64,000 nt of DNA from Octopus vulgaris (lineage: Eukaryota): the NCBI GenBank assembly GCA_951406725.2, contig OX597829.1, positions 3,534,001 to 3,598,000 on the forward strand, written 5' to 3'. Below the pieces are notes generated by a model that was not told where the DNA came from, searched no databases, and saw only the letters and a program-made list of their open reading frames with translations. The position numbers were made by a program, and so were the translations under genes. This document shows, one piece after another, positions 51,359 through 64,000 of the stretch; positions within the stretch are counted from its first letter, which is position 1; each line of letters begins with the position of its first letter.

Positions 51359-53362
51359 TATATACATACACATACATATATATATGAATTTAGGGTTAAA
51401 GTGATATACTAAGGGGATATTATTTTAATATAATACATATGAAAGAGAAGTTATTACAAAATTATTTTAAAAAATATGTATTTTATTTTAAGAACCAAGG
51501 GAGATAACCCATTCGCCCCTGGAAGGGATCCTTATATATAGCCAAAGGAAATAACCCATTTATTTTCCAAAATTATTTGGTAAAAATGAAATTGAGTATA
51601 CTTATTTCTTAGTATTTAAACTGTTGACTTATTTTTGCAATTTATCCAGTACAACCCTTAAACAAGTAAATAGTATTTTCCTAAACAGTAGATCCACTTA
51701 TTTTGGTTAGTGACTTATTCACAAATATACCAACACTAGCACCCCTGAGGGTAATATTCTCTGGGAACACACAAAAGCCCTTTTCAGAGTTATTTACTTT
51801 GAATTGTTATTATCTCATATTTGATTACCCTGTTATTACGTAGCGTGCTTCACAATTTTAGTATACATACCTTATTAGTATTTCCTCCTAAGTTCTATAC
51901 ACTCTGGGAATACATTAAAGCCCTTTTCAGGGCTACTTTATTTGAATTCTTACTATCGAGTAACTAATTTCTGACTAAACAATTTAGGTATTCCTAACTT
52001 ATTGGGATTCCTAAAAGCAAGATCCTGTATAAGACAGTTCCGTATCCTCTGTAAATGCACAAAAACCGTTTCAAGGCCTACATACTTTGTATTGTTGTTA
52101 TTGGATTAGTGAAACAATTGAGAACAGAAGCAAGGTATAAGCCCCACTTTCCTAGGAATTACCGAGTACGTCAGCTAGTATATATATATTTATATATATA
52201 TAGGAGTCCAGTGTAATCCATCGCCAGGAGAGGTGCAACTGAAGTGTAGAAATTAGTTACTCGATAGTAAGAATTCAAATAAAGTAGCCCCGAAAAGGGC
52301 TTTAATGTGTTCCCAGAGTATACAGAACTTAGAAGGAAATACTAATAAGGTATGTATACTAAAATTGTGAAGCACGCTACGTAATAACAGGGTAATCAAA
52401 TATAAGATAATAACAATTCAAAGTAAATAACCCAAGGCAATAGATTGGTGGAAATATTTGAGAGTTGGGAGAAATGCCTTACAGTATTTGTTTTGGCTTT
52501 TTGTGTTCTGAAAGCAGCATTTGCAATGATTCTAGCCCAAGTTGGTGGCTTTCTCTTGGATAACCATCTGCTGTGTGGAGAAAAGAATTTTGCATGTATG
52601 AGCAACTGTTAATCTTCCTTCTAATAAAATTTTACCCCAGCCTCCATATATACGTACAGATGTCTGTCTGGCAGCATCAATCAGTGCAGCTGTTACAAAG
52701 GTGGGGGTGAGATATGATAGACACAGAAATGAGAACATGCAAGACTGAGACAATCGGGGACTTGGTGTATTGTAATCCTGTCCAACCTAGGGTCGTCATT
52801 GAAAGTGGGTGTTGACTCGCTAATGTCGAGGATGGTGACATCACAAAATGAAGATGATGTTGTAACCGAGATTGTACTAGAAAATGACTTTACTTCTTCA
52901 CTTCAATCACATTATTTGACAATATAAAAAGCACCTTGTAAGTGCAATACACCAAATATCTATTCTTATTTCAAGGGGCTACATACAGAGAAAACAAACA
53001 AGGACAGACAAAGGGATTAAGTCAATTATATCGACCCCAGTGCGTAACTGGTACTTATTTAATCGACCCTGAGAGGATGAAAGGCAAAGTCGGCCACGGC
53101 GGAATTTGAACTCAGAACGTAACGGCAGACAAAATACAGCTAAGCATTTCACCCAGCGTGCTAACGATTCTGCCAGCTCACTGCCTTTATCTTTATCTAT
53201 TCTATCCTCATTGCTATTTAATTAAAATATTGTTCCTCCTTAAATATTATATTATGGTTGAGTTTCTGTTAGAGCATATCATGCTATCTAACTATTAATG
53301 ACATCACTAACACTGGAATTGTGTTATATCAATGCTTCTCTCCCTTTTTCTCCATATTCTAG

Positions 53363-53415
53363 ATGCAAGATCTTCCAATGAAGCCGTTTGCATGTTGGAG
53401 CCATACAAGAATGAG
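53363..53415 (+). CDS. THOC6: THOC6 exon 10
   Basis: ctag|...|gtaaat, 53 nt; (D)ARSSNEAVCMLEPYKNE resembles DLRTAKEVQTIEVYKHE. Confidence 0.92.
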
Positions 53416-55855
53416 GTAAATCAAAATTATATTCAATGATCCCTGATTTGTAATTTTTAATATTTCTTTCTTTTTACACATTTATTTGGAATTACCACTT
53501 CTGTAAACTTCTTTCACAAGTTTCTGGTGATCATTTTTCTTTTTTTTCACAAGTTTTTCACAGGATTGTGAAGAATGGCTAAAGATGGAATGTTTTTTTT
53601 AACTACATACTTGGTTCAGTTTATCTATAGTATTGTGAAATGATAGAATGGCTAATATTATGTAGAGATCAAAAGGTTCTTCCTCATGTTCTCACTCTAC
53701 TGAGAAATAGCTAAATTACTCTGTTAATATATCTGCTATATAAGTTACATATATCATACCATAGCTTGAAACTGTGTGGCTTAAGATCCCTGTTGACAGG
53801 GCCTTGATATTCAGTAAAGTATTGATACATATGCTATGCAAATTAGTAGCTCCAGGAGGAATTACAACCGTGTTTCGTGGTCTGCTACCACAGCAGCTCC
53901 TTTATAGGATCCAGTTAGCTCAAGACATCATCAGGAGGAACCACATCTGGTTTCGGCCCCTACTCCTCTACCGTTTTGATGTGGCAGTGTCTTCAGCTCT
54001 GGTGTTGGGTGCATTTCTTCTTTCTTCTGTTCCCTGGCCTCTTCGATGTATCGTCAGCGAGTGTCAGCTGGTGACTGACTGACTTGTCAAATGTTCCCTT
54101 TAAATACCTACCGCTAGGCTCCAGCAGGCAGCCCCAGCAAGTTGTCCTGTGACACTGTCTCACCCTAACTGACTAGTGAAGGCGCGTAGTTTTAGCCCGC
54201 ACATTCTCTAAACGACCGTCACCTGTCAGTCAGCGAAGCTAATTCAGTGTCAGCTTGTCTCGCCTAGTGATGTTATTTCCCGCCGGCATGTTAGGACTTT
54301 CAAGCCATTTTTGGTCTCTGTAGCTACTGTAATAGTTGAGTGTCTAGACTGGCTGCTTGTTTCTCTTGGATTAGTCAAATAGATGAGAATCCAATAGGAT
54401 TCAAAAGTTGTTCATCATTTATCAATCGATAGAGAAATAGCTGAATTAGCCCTGCCTGTGTATCTACTATATATGAGTTACATCTATTTTAACTACACAT
54501 TGATAGTGTAACTGTCATACATTTATATTGTCATTATATTTACAATATAACTGTAACCTCAAAAACATGTCTGGCCATGAGGAACTGTTTGCTTGAAAAT
54601 ATATTTGGCAACAGGAAGGCATCAGACTGTAGAAAATCTGCCACAGCCAACTTCGTCCAACCCATACATGCATGTAAAAGTGGATTTGATAATAATAATG
54701 ATGATGATGATGATGGTGGTGATGGTGGTGGTGGTGGTGGTAGTGGTGGTGATGGTGATGGTGATGATGATGATGATGATCTTCTTTGGTTCAATATATT
54801 TCTGACTACATAAGCTAAATATTTCAAGCTCTTTTTCTCTTCTAAGTTAAGTGCTTGTCTTTGCCCTATTCTCTACGTCCCCTTTCCCCACCTGTCACAA
54901 GACCTTTTTACCTTCATTTTTTTCCCCATCACCTGTAGCCACATCTACATCAATCTTTCTCTTCTTTCTCTTCTCACTTATAGTGAAGAGGAAGATTAGA
55001 AGAACGGGAAGAATAAGTACAGCATGTAGCCGGTAATGGCAGAGAGATGCGCAGATATATAATAGGGAAGGCAGGGTACATGTACTAGTGTCCCACCCCA
55101 ATCCCACTATTTTAACCAGATCACAGAGCTGGGAACCCTTTCAATGGCCATCTCTAGGTCAACAAATACCAGACATAGGGGCTTGTTTCTGGCAAGATAC
55201 TTGGGTATCTGTCTAATTAGGAGGATGGCATCAGTAGTACTTCTTCCTACCCCAAAATCAAATTGCATTACTTTTTGGTTAATTCTCTTTCTAATCAATT
55301 AAGCTATAACTGTAACCTCAAAAATCTCGTACTATAGTTTAACTCTTAACATGCTGTATGATATGAACCTATCCAGTGTTGCAAATATCTGTCAGTATTC
55401 TACTGCCTTAAACCACCCAGATCTTAATCCCTTTGTTTACATTTATTTTAAAGGGAATTATATACATCCCTGATATCAGAGAAAAACCTTTAATCCCTAT
55501 CTATTTACATACCAAGACATGATTTATTTTTGAAGTGTTTTTTATCAAAACCTCTGTGCATACCTGGTTAGTTTTTCTCTGAATCAGTTCAGCTTAGCTG
55601 CAAATTTTATAATTAAAAAACATAAAATCAGCTTTTTTGTTTGTGATATTTGTATGTCCATGTTTGTTACTTACAATGTTTTATTACTTCACATTTTTTT
55701 TTTTTAGTATCTCTTAGAGTGAGTTAATAGCTATAAATGAACATAATTATTTTTATGACAAATGACTAAGTCTTTTCTGCAATACTGGCAATTATCGCAG
55801 TCATCTGACCTTAAGTAAATTATGTATTATACATTTTCTTCTTCATTAATTCTAG

Positions 55856-55924
55856 ATGTGTGGCCGTCCAGAATTTGGCAAGTGGTTAGGATGTGTTGCC
55901 ATGGATACAGGAGATGATTGGCTG
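55856..55924 (+). CDS. THOC6: THOC6 exon 11
   Basis: ctag|...|gtaagt, 69 nt; MCGRPEFGKWLGCVAMDTGDDWL resembles [20 protein letters not shown]. Confidence 0.96.
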
Positions 55925-55958
55925 GTAAGTAATTAATTACTCTGTGTGTGTGTGTGTG

Positions 55959-55997
<39 letters not shown>

Positions 55998-57514
55998 GAG
56001 TGTATGTGTACACCAGTAGTGAATCATTGTATTCATGAGTGAAACACATTTCCTCCATGGTGGGGTAAAAGGGACAGTTTAACTAAAGTTATTTTTGTTG
56101 TTATCTAGTCTCAGAGCAGACCTAAGATCAAAGACATTCCAGCCATGATCTTCACAACTATTTTCTTTAAAACACATGTTCCAATGTATTTAACAGCAAA
56201 TTAGGCTGTTAAAGAGAGACTGAGAATGATGTCCCTTCTCTCTCTTTTGGAGAGGCACAAGCACCTACACACACATATACACGGCAGTAACTTCCGGTTA
56301 CCGAATTCAATCACAAAGCTTCGGTCGGCCTGGGGCTATAGTAGAAGACACCTGCCCAAAGTGTCACGCGGTGGGACCGAACCCGAAACCATGTAGCTAG
56401 GAAGCAAGCCCCCTAACCACACAGCCATGCCCCTTATTGATTATTGATTAATATCATTACTCTCTTTTTTTTTTTTTGTGGTACCTGCATTAGTGAAGTC
56501 ACCATGTACCCTGCAGAACTAAGGTCTTTGATAAGTTAGGCTTGATTAAGGAAGGAAGGTAGCTTTATGCTAAGAGATGAGGAGTTAAAGTATGAAAAAA
56601 AGGGGCCAGAACAGAACAGGTTTCTTGCTGAAGAGGAAATACCATCATTAGTCATATATTAACCCTTTCATTACTGTATTCCTGTAGAGATGCTCTGTGT
56701 TTCTTTCAATTAATTTTAAATATAACAAAGAATTTAGTAAAATAACTTAGTTATCATTAAGCTAGTGTTAGAAACATAAATTGTAACTAAGGTTTGGTGG
56801 AAGATTTTAATTCAAAACTTATGAAAACAAGACATTTGTACTCAGAGCCTGAGCCGGTTTCAGCCGGGTTGGTCATGAAAGGGTTAAAAAAAGTGAGTGG
56901 GAGTGGTTGGTTGGAACTGGAAAGAGATATAATGATGATAGTGAATGAACAAGCGAGTCCTCAAGGTACAAGAAGGGGAATAGAAGTGAATGGTGACAGA
57001 AACGGAACAGAGTGGTTAGTAGAGGCTACTAGAGTGTGTGAGGAGAGTAAGGGATGGCTAGTGAGCGGTTAAGAGTGGGATGGTTAAAAGTGGGTGATGG
57101 TGAGTGTAAAGAATGATGAGCAAGGATAGAGGGTTGTTGATAAATATGTTGAAGGGAAAGTAAGGGAGAGTAGGTGATGACTGTAGAGATTATTTGGAAG
57201 GTGAGGAGTAGATGTAATGAATGGTAGACAAAGGTGGGGGGATGATTGAAGATACAAACAAATTAGAGGGAAGGTAAAGGCAAGCAGGTGATGACTGGCA
57301 ATACAGGAAGGGGTAAAGAGCAGTAGAATAGTAATAATAAGTAATAATAATAATAATAAGATGGGGGAATGACAAAAGGGAAATGACATGTCAGCGTATA
57401 GGTTACATGAAGATATGGAGACAGATTGACATAGAACCATAGCATACTATTAGTATATCATAGTATCATTGCATACCATAGTATATCATAGTACTATAGT
57501 ATATACATATATAT

Positions 57515-57744
57515 GGTGGCGAGCTGGCAGAATCGTTAGTGCGCCGGGCGAAATGCTTAGCGGTATTTCATCTGTCGTTACATTCTGAGTTCAAATTCCG
57601 CTGAGGTCGACTTTGCCTTTCGTCCTTTCGGGGTTGATAAATAAAGTACCAGTTATGCACTGGAGTCGATGTAATCAATTTAATCCGTTTGTCTGTCCTT
57701 GTTTGTCCCCTCTGTGTTTAGCCCCTTGTGGGTAGTAAAGAAAT
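57515..57744 (+). mobile_element. tRNA-derived SINE family A. Other copies (approximate): 96-300, 11362-11575, 63010-63130 (+); 13015-13220, 23089-23830, 26479-26870, 46225-46432, 52965-53187, 61535-61875 (-)
   Basis: A-box-like GAGCTGGCAGAATCGTTAG, B-box GAGTTCAAATTCC, conserved core GACTTTGCCTTTCATCCTTTCGGGGTCGATAAA..AGTACCAG (recalled as Meta-domain-like; needs checking). Confidence 0.85.
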
Positions 57745-58340
57745 ATATAATATATACATCATAGTTCCAAAGCTTATAGTAGTATATTGTACTTCCACTA
57801 TATATCATAGTGTATCATACTATACCATAAGATATCATAGTTCTACTCTAAATATTAAATGCTAGCAAGGACACAGTATTTTGTTTTTGCAATCATAATA
57901 TACTGCTTAGTATATTAAAGGTTTATAAGTTAATATTGTGTCTTCTTTCTGTGTTAGCAGTGCAATATTCCCATTGTTAAGTTTATCTCTATAGATTTTC
58001 TATAGGATCCAGAACCAACACTGAAAGCTACAACATTTTGTATACAAATATGTTTATGTAAATAATGCAATTGAAAATATCACATTGTTTACGTTGATGT
58101 ATTCATATATAAAACATCATAACTTTCAGTGCTGGCTCTAAGTTTCTATAGAAAATCTATAGAATTAAACTTAAAAGCATAGTACAGTAGCATAGTGTAT
58201 TGTTGTGTATCATAATATCATAGTAGACCCTAATATCAGGCTATTATAAAATATCACAAACCATAGTATGGAAAATCTCATCCTGTTCTTCAGGCTACCG
58301 TTATGTTCTGTTATCATAAATATGTTTCGTCATTTTACAG

Positions 58341-58454
58341 GTGTGTGGTGGAGGACCCAAGCTCTCTTTGTGGCACATGAGGTCTTTGTCTGCAACAACT
58401 GCATTTGATACTCCCAAGAGTTGCCAAAAACATGCTTTGATTCACCAAGATACA
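58341..58454 (+). CDS. THOC6: THOC6 exon 12
   Basis: acag|...|gtaagt, 114 nt; VCGGGPKLSLWHMRSLSATTAFDTPKSCQKHALIHQDT resembles VCGGGPALTLWHLRS. Confidence 0.97.
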
Positions 58455-59266
58455 GTAAGTACAACACTACTCAATCTCTAGATTATTATTTACTTACTTA
58501 AACAACACACATACACACATATATACATCCATAAATATATTTGACTAGCACTATGACCCGGCAAGCATGTATCTGCCTCATACACTGTTCACTTTCCAGA
58601 CATTTGTACATTACTGCATATGCTTTATATGCACTTTTGACAAGTTGTCGTGCACCTGAGCACTGTATACAATAATTTCATTATACGTATATTATATTAT
58701 ATATATTCCTTAACAGATTCAACAATGTGGAGTAGCTCACTTCTTTTTACAGAATTGCCCATTTGTCAGTCGTTCTTAAACTCCTCTATTATTGTCTGGA
58801 TGACTAATAAGCTGAGAACATACCCCTCACAGATACCAAACTGAATGATAAATTCCTTACTGAACTCACTTACTGTCATCTGGCTCTGCTAGACACTGCT
58901 TGTATGGCTGTCTCTAACCATTCCTCTACATTTAGCTGTCGTGTTATGACCAGACTATAGAGTGTGGTACTCTGTCAAAACCCTTTTCCAGATCAGACAA
59001 ATACTAAGTATAGTGGCTAACTCATAGTCAGACACATCTATTTTCGTGTTACTAATAAGCGGTGCATTGTTGTCACATCATCCTCACAGAAACCTGAATT
59101 ATATCACATCTAATCTTGTCTTCTTAATCAATTGTGCTTGGATTCTTTCTGTTACTTTCAAAACTTAGTCCTTCATTATGATTCCTCTGTAGTTGTTTTT
59201 TTTTTTTAAAGCATCTCCTTTGCTATTGTAGCGATAACAGAGGTCGCACACTCTTTTACTCTGATG

Positions 59267-59995
59267 TAATAATAATAATAATAATAATAATAATTGTGTA
59301 CAGTGCTCAGGTGCACTACAACTCATCTAAAGTGTATATATAATCAGGTGAAGTTTCGGCGGATTTCGGAAAGCATGAGGGCCTTAAAAGATGCAGTGTC
59401 ATGGCAGTCAACAACTGACGCAGGCAGTTTATTCCATGCTTCAGCAACTCTGAGCGTGAAAAAATGTTTCCGAAAGTCATGGGAGCTGTATTGTTTTCTG
59501 ACTTTGTAGGCATGTCCACGTGTGTTAGACACATGGAGATCAAAAAGGTGTTCAGTGTTGTTGTTGGTGAGGTGGTTGATAACTTTGTGGGTGTTTACCA
59601 AGTCCGTCGCCAAACGCCGGAGCTTCAGTGAATCCATGCCCAGGGAAACAAGGCGCTCAGAATATGGTAGGTGTCTGATGGAGGGTATGCGTTTGGTTGC
59701 ACGTCTCTGGACAGATTCCAGGAGGTCAATGTTCTGTGCAAGATAGGGGTTCCAAACTGATGATGCGAATTCCAAGTGTGGTCGTACCATAGCTGTATAC
59801 AGTTTTAAATAGATGGCTGGAGAGCGGCTAACAAAAGACCTGCTGAGTGATGCCAAGACACCCTCGGCCTTCCTGACAATCTTAGAGATATGCTTTGACC
59901 AACGCAAATCACTGCTGACAGTGATGCCTAGGTCACGCTCGCAAGAGGATTTCTTGATATCAGTGTTGTGGAGGGAGTATGTGAACGCAGGGTTT
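59267..59995 (-). mobile_element. CR1-clade LINE 3' end; short CR1-like 3' ends also at ~58580-58700 (+) and ~41360-41535 (-)
   Basis: ERDLGITVSSDL, LYTAMVRPHLEF, ESVQRRATK, RKHFFTLRVAEAWNKLP; (ATT)n tail. Confidence 0.93.
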
Positions 59996-60414
59996 TTTCT
60001 CCCAAAATCTCCAGGGATACAGGCATCCAGCAACAGGACCTCCGTAATCCTATGATGGACCGTGAAGTCTGGCATAGCATGGAAAATTCCATTGTCTCGA
60101 CCACGGTCAAACAATGATGATGATGATGCCATTGTAGCAGCTGGTAATGACACAGAGTGACATTAGTCATTATAAATGGCCTCTTCTTGTTCTACCTAAT
60201 TAACTATGCAAACGGCAAGTGACCAATATTGTGTCCTACTTTGCCAAATATTATCAGCCTCCCAGAAATGATCTTAGATGGTTTGACTGCTTCCCTACCT
60301 TTCAGTTGTAGCTGGTTCATCTCTTGGAGTAGCACCTGGGGTAGCACTTGTCCCCTTGCACACATTATCCTTATTCAGAAATCTCCCCTGTTAACATTTC
60401 ATGACTTCATATTA

Positions 60415-60445
<31 letters not shown>

Positions 60446-61284
60446 GTTTAGCATCCGCTTTCCATGCTGGCATGGGTTGGATGGTTCAACTGGGGTCTGG
60501 GAAGCCAGGAGGCTGCACCAGGCTCCAGTCTGATCTGGCAATGTTTCTACAGCTGGATGCCCTTCCTAATGCCAATTACTCCATGAGTGTAGTGGGTGCT
60601 TTTTATGTGCCAGACGAGACTGGCAAACGGTCACAATCGGATGGTGCTTTTTATGTGCCACCGGCACAGAAGCCAGTTGGGGCGGCGCTGGCAATGGCCA
60701 CGTTTGGATGGTTCTCTTATGTGCCACCAGCACTGGTTGGTTTTTACATCTGTTTTCCTATGTTAGCATGGGTTGTTTTATATTTGGATGCCCTTCCTGT
60801 CATTAGTTCTTACCTGTTTTTCAAGTAAGCATCTCTTATTTCACATGTCTTCAAAGACATGAAGCGAATGACTGTTCAGGAGAAGCAACAACGGTAACAA
60901 ACCACTCATGACTTTCATAGAGTTCAAATATGAAGTTGACGAACAGACATGCTGATGCAGTCACATCTACATAAAATTACACATATTAACCCTTTCGTTA
61001 CCAACCCGGCTGAAACCAGCTCTGGCTCTGAGTACAAATGTCTTGTTTTCATAAGTTTTGAATTAAAATCTTCCACCAAACCTTAGTCACAATTTATGTT
61101 CCTAACAGTAGCTGAATGATAACTAAGTTATTTTTCTAAATTCTTTGTTATATATAAAATAATTGAAAGAAACACAGAGCATCTCAACAGAAATACAGTA
61201 ATGAAAGGGTTAAATATATTAAACATTTTATAAAAATTAACAAAATAATTAACTTCTATTTACAATTTTCCAATTCTTTCTCAG

Positions 61285-61413
61285 ATTTTATCAGCTGGCA
61301 GTGAGCCCAGTGTGTTCCATTGGTCACTGAATGGGGAACTGAAAGCTAAAATTCCTTGTACCCCAACGTGTGTCTTCAAAGTGGATGTGAATACTAACTC
61401 CAAAAGTAACAAG
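61285..61413 (+). CDS. THOC6: THOC6 exon 13
   Basis: tcag|...|gtaaca, 129 nt; [43 protein letters not shown]. Confidence 0.95.
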
Positions 61414-61964
61414 GTAACATAAAATTATCCACTTTTACATATTTAAAATGCCTCAGTTATTGACTAAATTAATTTTGTGTTCTTTATTTAGAAAAAGAAA
61501 AAGATCCCCTCCCCAACACAAAGAATATATATTGGTTTCAGATTTTCGCACAAGGCCAGCAAGTTCAGGAAAGGGGTTAAGTTGATTACATCGACACCAG
61601 TGCTCAACTGGCACTTCTTTAATCGGTCCTGAGGGATGACAGGTAGCGTTAACCTTGGCGGAATTTGAACTTAGGACATAAAGACGGATGATATGCTGCT
61701 AAGCATTTTGCCTGGCATGCTCCAGCAGTTCTGCCAAATCACCGCCTTATTGAGATAAAATATTCACTTCAAATTTAGGCAAAACACCAACAATTTTGGG
61801 GCTGGGGTAACTTGATTAGATTGACCCCAGTGTTCAACTGGTATCTAGTCAACCCTGAAAGGATGAAAGGCAAAATAATGGGAAAATACTCTGAATTAAG
61901 GTACTCCTGAAATGGAATAAAACAAATTTCACGTAAATTGGACCTTGGATTCCCAAGATATGCA

Positions 61965-62260
61965 GTTTTTTTGGATACCTTCATAAATAGCCAAAACAGT
62001 GCATAATGGGATAATACTCTGAAAGTAGCATAGCCGTGAAAGGGAAGAAACACCAACCATTTGATTAGCGAGAGCCGTTATGATCAACAACAAACTTACT
62101 GACCTGGGCAAAAGTCCTGATGAATTTGGCAATGCCTAATAATATTGTTGCTAATCAGGATACTGGCAATCTGAAATTATTGCATGAGTTGCAATACAGC
62201 AGAGATGAGCAGTGGTGATTCATAGAAGAGAGGGACGTTTAACATTACTGCAGATGTGTA
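61965..62260 (+). mobile_element. Possible Helitron RepHel fragment
   Basis: Frame-broken MINNKLTDLGKSPDEFG...LLHELQYSRDEQ..FIEE resembles the Rep-helicase linker; weak. Confidence 0.4.
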
Positions 62261-62847
62261 CCCCACCGTCTTTGTTGCCTCATAATGCAGTTGTTCCAAC
62301 TTATTTGGTTTTCCTGATTTGAAACTCTTCTTCTCACCCCCTTGGAAAAAATATTGATGAGCAGGAAACAATAAAAGTTTACCTAAAATATAATAGAATA
62401 CATGGACTGTTTGGTTGTTGTTTAACCCTGGTACAATCCTGATTAATGGCATCTATGACCAGACATTCCAGTTCTGAACCTCTTATCTTTTTTCCTTGTA
62501 CAGTGAACCCAGGAACACATCCAATGCGTCCTTTTATTTTTATAACAATAAGGTGTGATTTGAGGGAAATTTGGCTGCTATTTCTGCCAGAACAAGTAGC
62601 CATGTAGAGTTTGTCATGTTAACTCATAACTGGAGAACATTCTTAAATTATTTTTCTCTATTTCTATCATTCTCTCTCTCTCTCTTTGCACTTCTGTCTC
62701 TCTCTCTCTCATTTCTTTTCGTTCCTTTTTTTTATTTCCTTCCCTTCCCTTTATCCCCCCCCCCTTTCTCCCCCTTCCTCTCTGTACAATTCATTAATGT
62801 TAATAACATCTTATATAATATATATATATATGTTGTCATATCTTCAG

Positions 62848-62955
62848 GTTCTGTGTGTGGCAGGGAACAGTTCAAAACTCGATGTGTCTACCAACTTCCG
62901 TTATAAAGCATTCTCATTGACGTTTCATTCTTCTGAAAATGTTTTCACCAAATAA
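62848..62955 (+). CDS. THOC6: THOC6 terminal exon 14
   Basis: tcag|VLCVAGNSSKLDVSTNFRYKAFSLTFHSSENVFTK* resembles [26 protein letters not shown]. Summed CDS is 1032 nt (343 aa plus stop). Confidence 0.96.
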   Translation, partial: VLCVAGNSSKLDVSTNFRYKAFSLTFHSSENVFTK

Positions 62956-63003
62956 AGACTATTTTACTTCTTTTATTTGTTGTTCTTGTTTTTGTTTTTT
63001 TTA
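62951..63003 (+). terminator. Candidate THOC6 polyadenylation signal overlapping the stop codon, with a U/GU-rich downstream element
   Basis: AATAAA at 62951-62956 (stop TAA 62953-62955), followed by ttttatttgttgttcttgtttttgttttt. Confidence 0.5.
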
Positions 63004-63639
63004 CAAAGTTTTTACATTCTGAGTTCTAATTCTGCCAAGGTGACTTTGCCTTTCATCCATTTGATGTTAAAATAAGTACCAGTGAAATACTGGGGTTGAT
63101 GAAATCAACTAGCCCTTTCCCTCAAAATTTATTATTATTATTATTATTATTGAGTGAGCGAGCAGTGCATGCCATCAAAGTGACACCGGGGTAAAATATG
63201 CAAAGGCCAGTATATCCATCATGACTACCTGTCTGATAAGGGTACACTAGGAGCATGCATCACAATCATATGTGTGTGACATATCAAGATCAACAGTGCA
63301 TGACCTTGCAGGTGGGGGTCCAGTTAGAATTTTCCTCAGGCCCATCCTGGTCAAAATGTCCTTGAATAAGGTTTGTTTAAATATGATGAATAAAACACCC
63401 ATGATTGCAGGGGTGAATTATTCAAACCCAAAGAATTCCTCACAACACATGGCTATGATGCTCCCCCACTACTTCTGCATGTGATCAGAGATGCACACAT
63501 CATCAGCCACCAAGGGACATGCTCATCTAGTTAAAGCCAAGCAAATCTGTGGTATTGAGCAGAATATTTGCTGTAACCGATCTTTTCTGCTAAAACTGTA
63601 TTGCAACCCTTTGTGGGGAAGAGAGAGAGAGAAACCCAA

Positions 63640-64000
63640 CAATGCAGTACCAAGCACTTCAACTGGTTGCACACCACAAGGTTCAGCAGAACCTACTGAA
63701 GCAAGCATGCTCGCAGCATTACCATGGGCGATGGCGAGGCTAGGGTGTTGGGAAAGCCAAGCGCCCTCATGGACATCACCTGACACCTCGGTGAGGTGAG
63801 CTGCCAACGTTGACAAGAACTACACGGTTAGTGGCCCAGTCCCTCCGAATGTCTCAAACACCACAGGTTGGAAGAGATAGTTCCCTTTCAGGTTCCGATA
63901 CTTCAGGGTTTTGTTCCATTTGACTACAGAAGTAGTAACCTTCCCATTTAATGCAGCATCCAGGATGCAGGAGCGAGTAAAGGAGTCGCAGAATGTAGCA
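63640..64000 (-). mobile_element. CRE-like non-LTR retrotransposon 3' end (RLE domain), truncated by the window edge
   Basis: KTLKYRNLKGNYLFQPVVFETFG then SGDVHEGAWLSQHPSLAIAHGNAASML. Confidence 0.7.

Noticed and set aside
57515-57605. tRNA-like sequences with A/B boxes
   Set aside because: SINE heads continuing into SINE core and tail; no proper cloverleaf seen.
60229-60828. 199-aa ORF with poly-His
   Set aside because: Antisense read-through of an RTE (GAT)n tail and 3' UTR.

Overview
AT-rich, repeat-dense eukaryotic DNA, very probably an octopus (coleoid cephalopod) genome; this is inferred from the repeat families, not proven. It holds two spliced + strand host genes. The first is the last two coding exons of an unidentified Gln/Thr-rich protein (2002-2097, 5910-6814). 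The second is a complete THOC6 (THO/TREX WD40 subunit) gene: 13 well-supported exons from 29619 to 62955 plus a candidate 6-nt first coding exon at 25002, assembling into a phase-consistent protein of about 343 aa. Between the genes lies a full-length but decayed 4.2-kb Gypsy-type LTR retrotransposon (18608-22845) with a textbook -1 frameshift signal. The rest is transposon debris: RTE, CR1, R4/Dong and CRE-like LINE remnants, two SINE families, Merlin-like, piggyBac-like and hAT MITEs, Tc1 and Helitron fragments, and long microsatellites. Most ORFs in the supplied track are TE or microsatellite artefacts. The most interesting signals are several hammerhead-ribozyme-like motifs and long inverted repeats in THOC6 introns, a MITE flanked by a ~120-bp duplication, and a perfect 47-bp inverted duplication enclosing 2.2 kb. 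No clearly new protein-coding system was found. All alignments and counts were done by eye.
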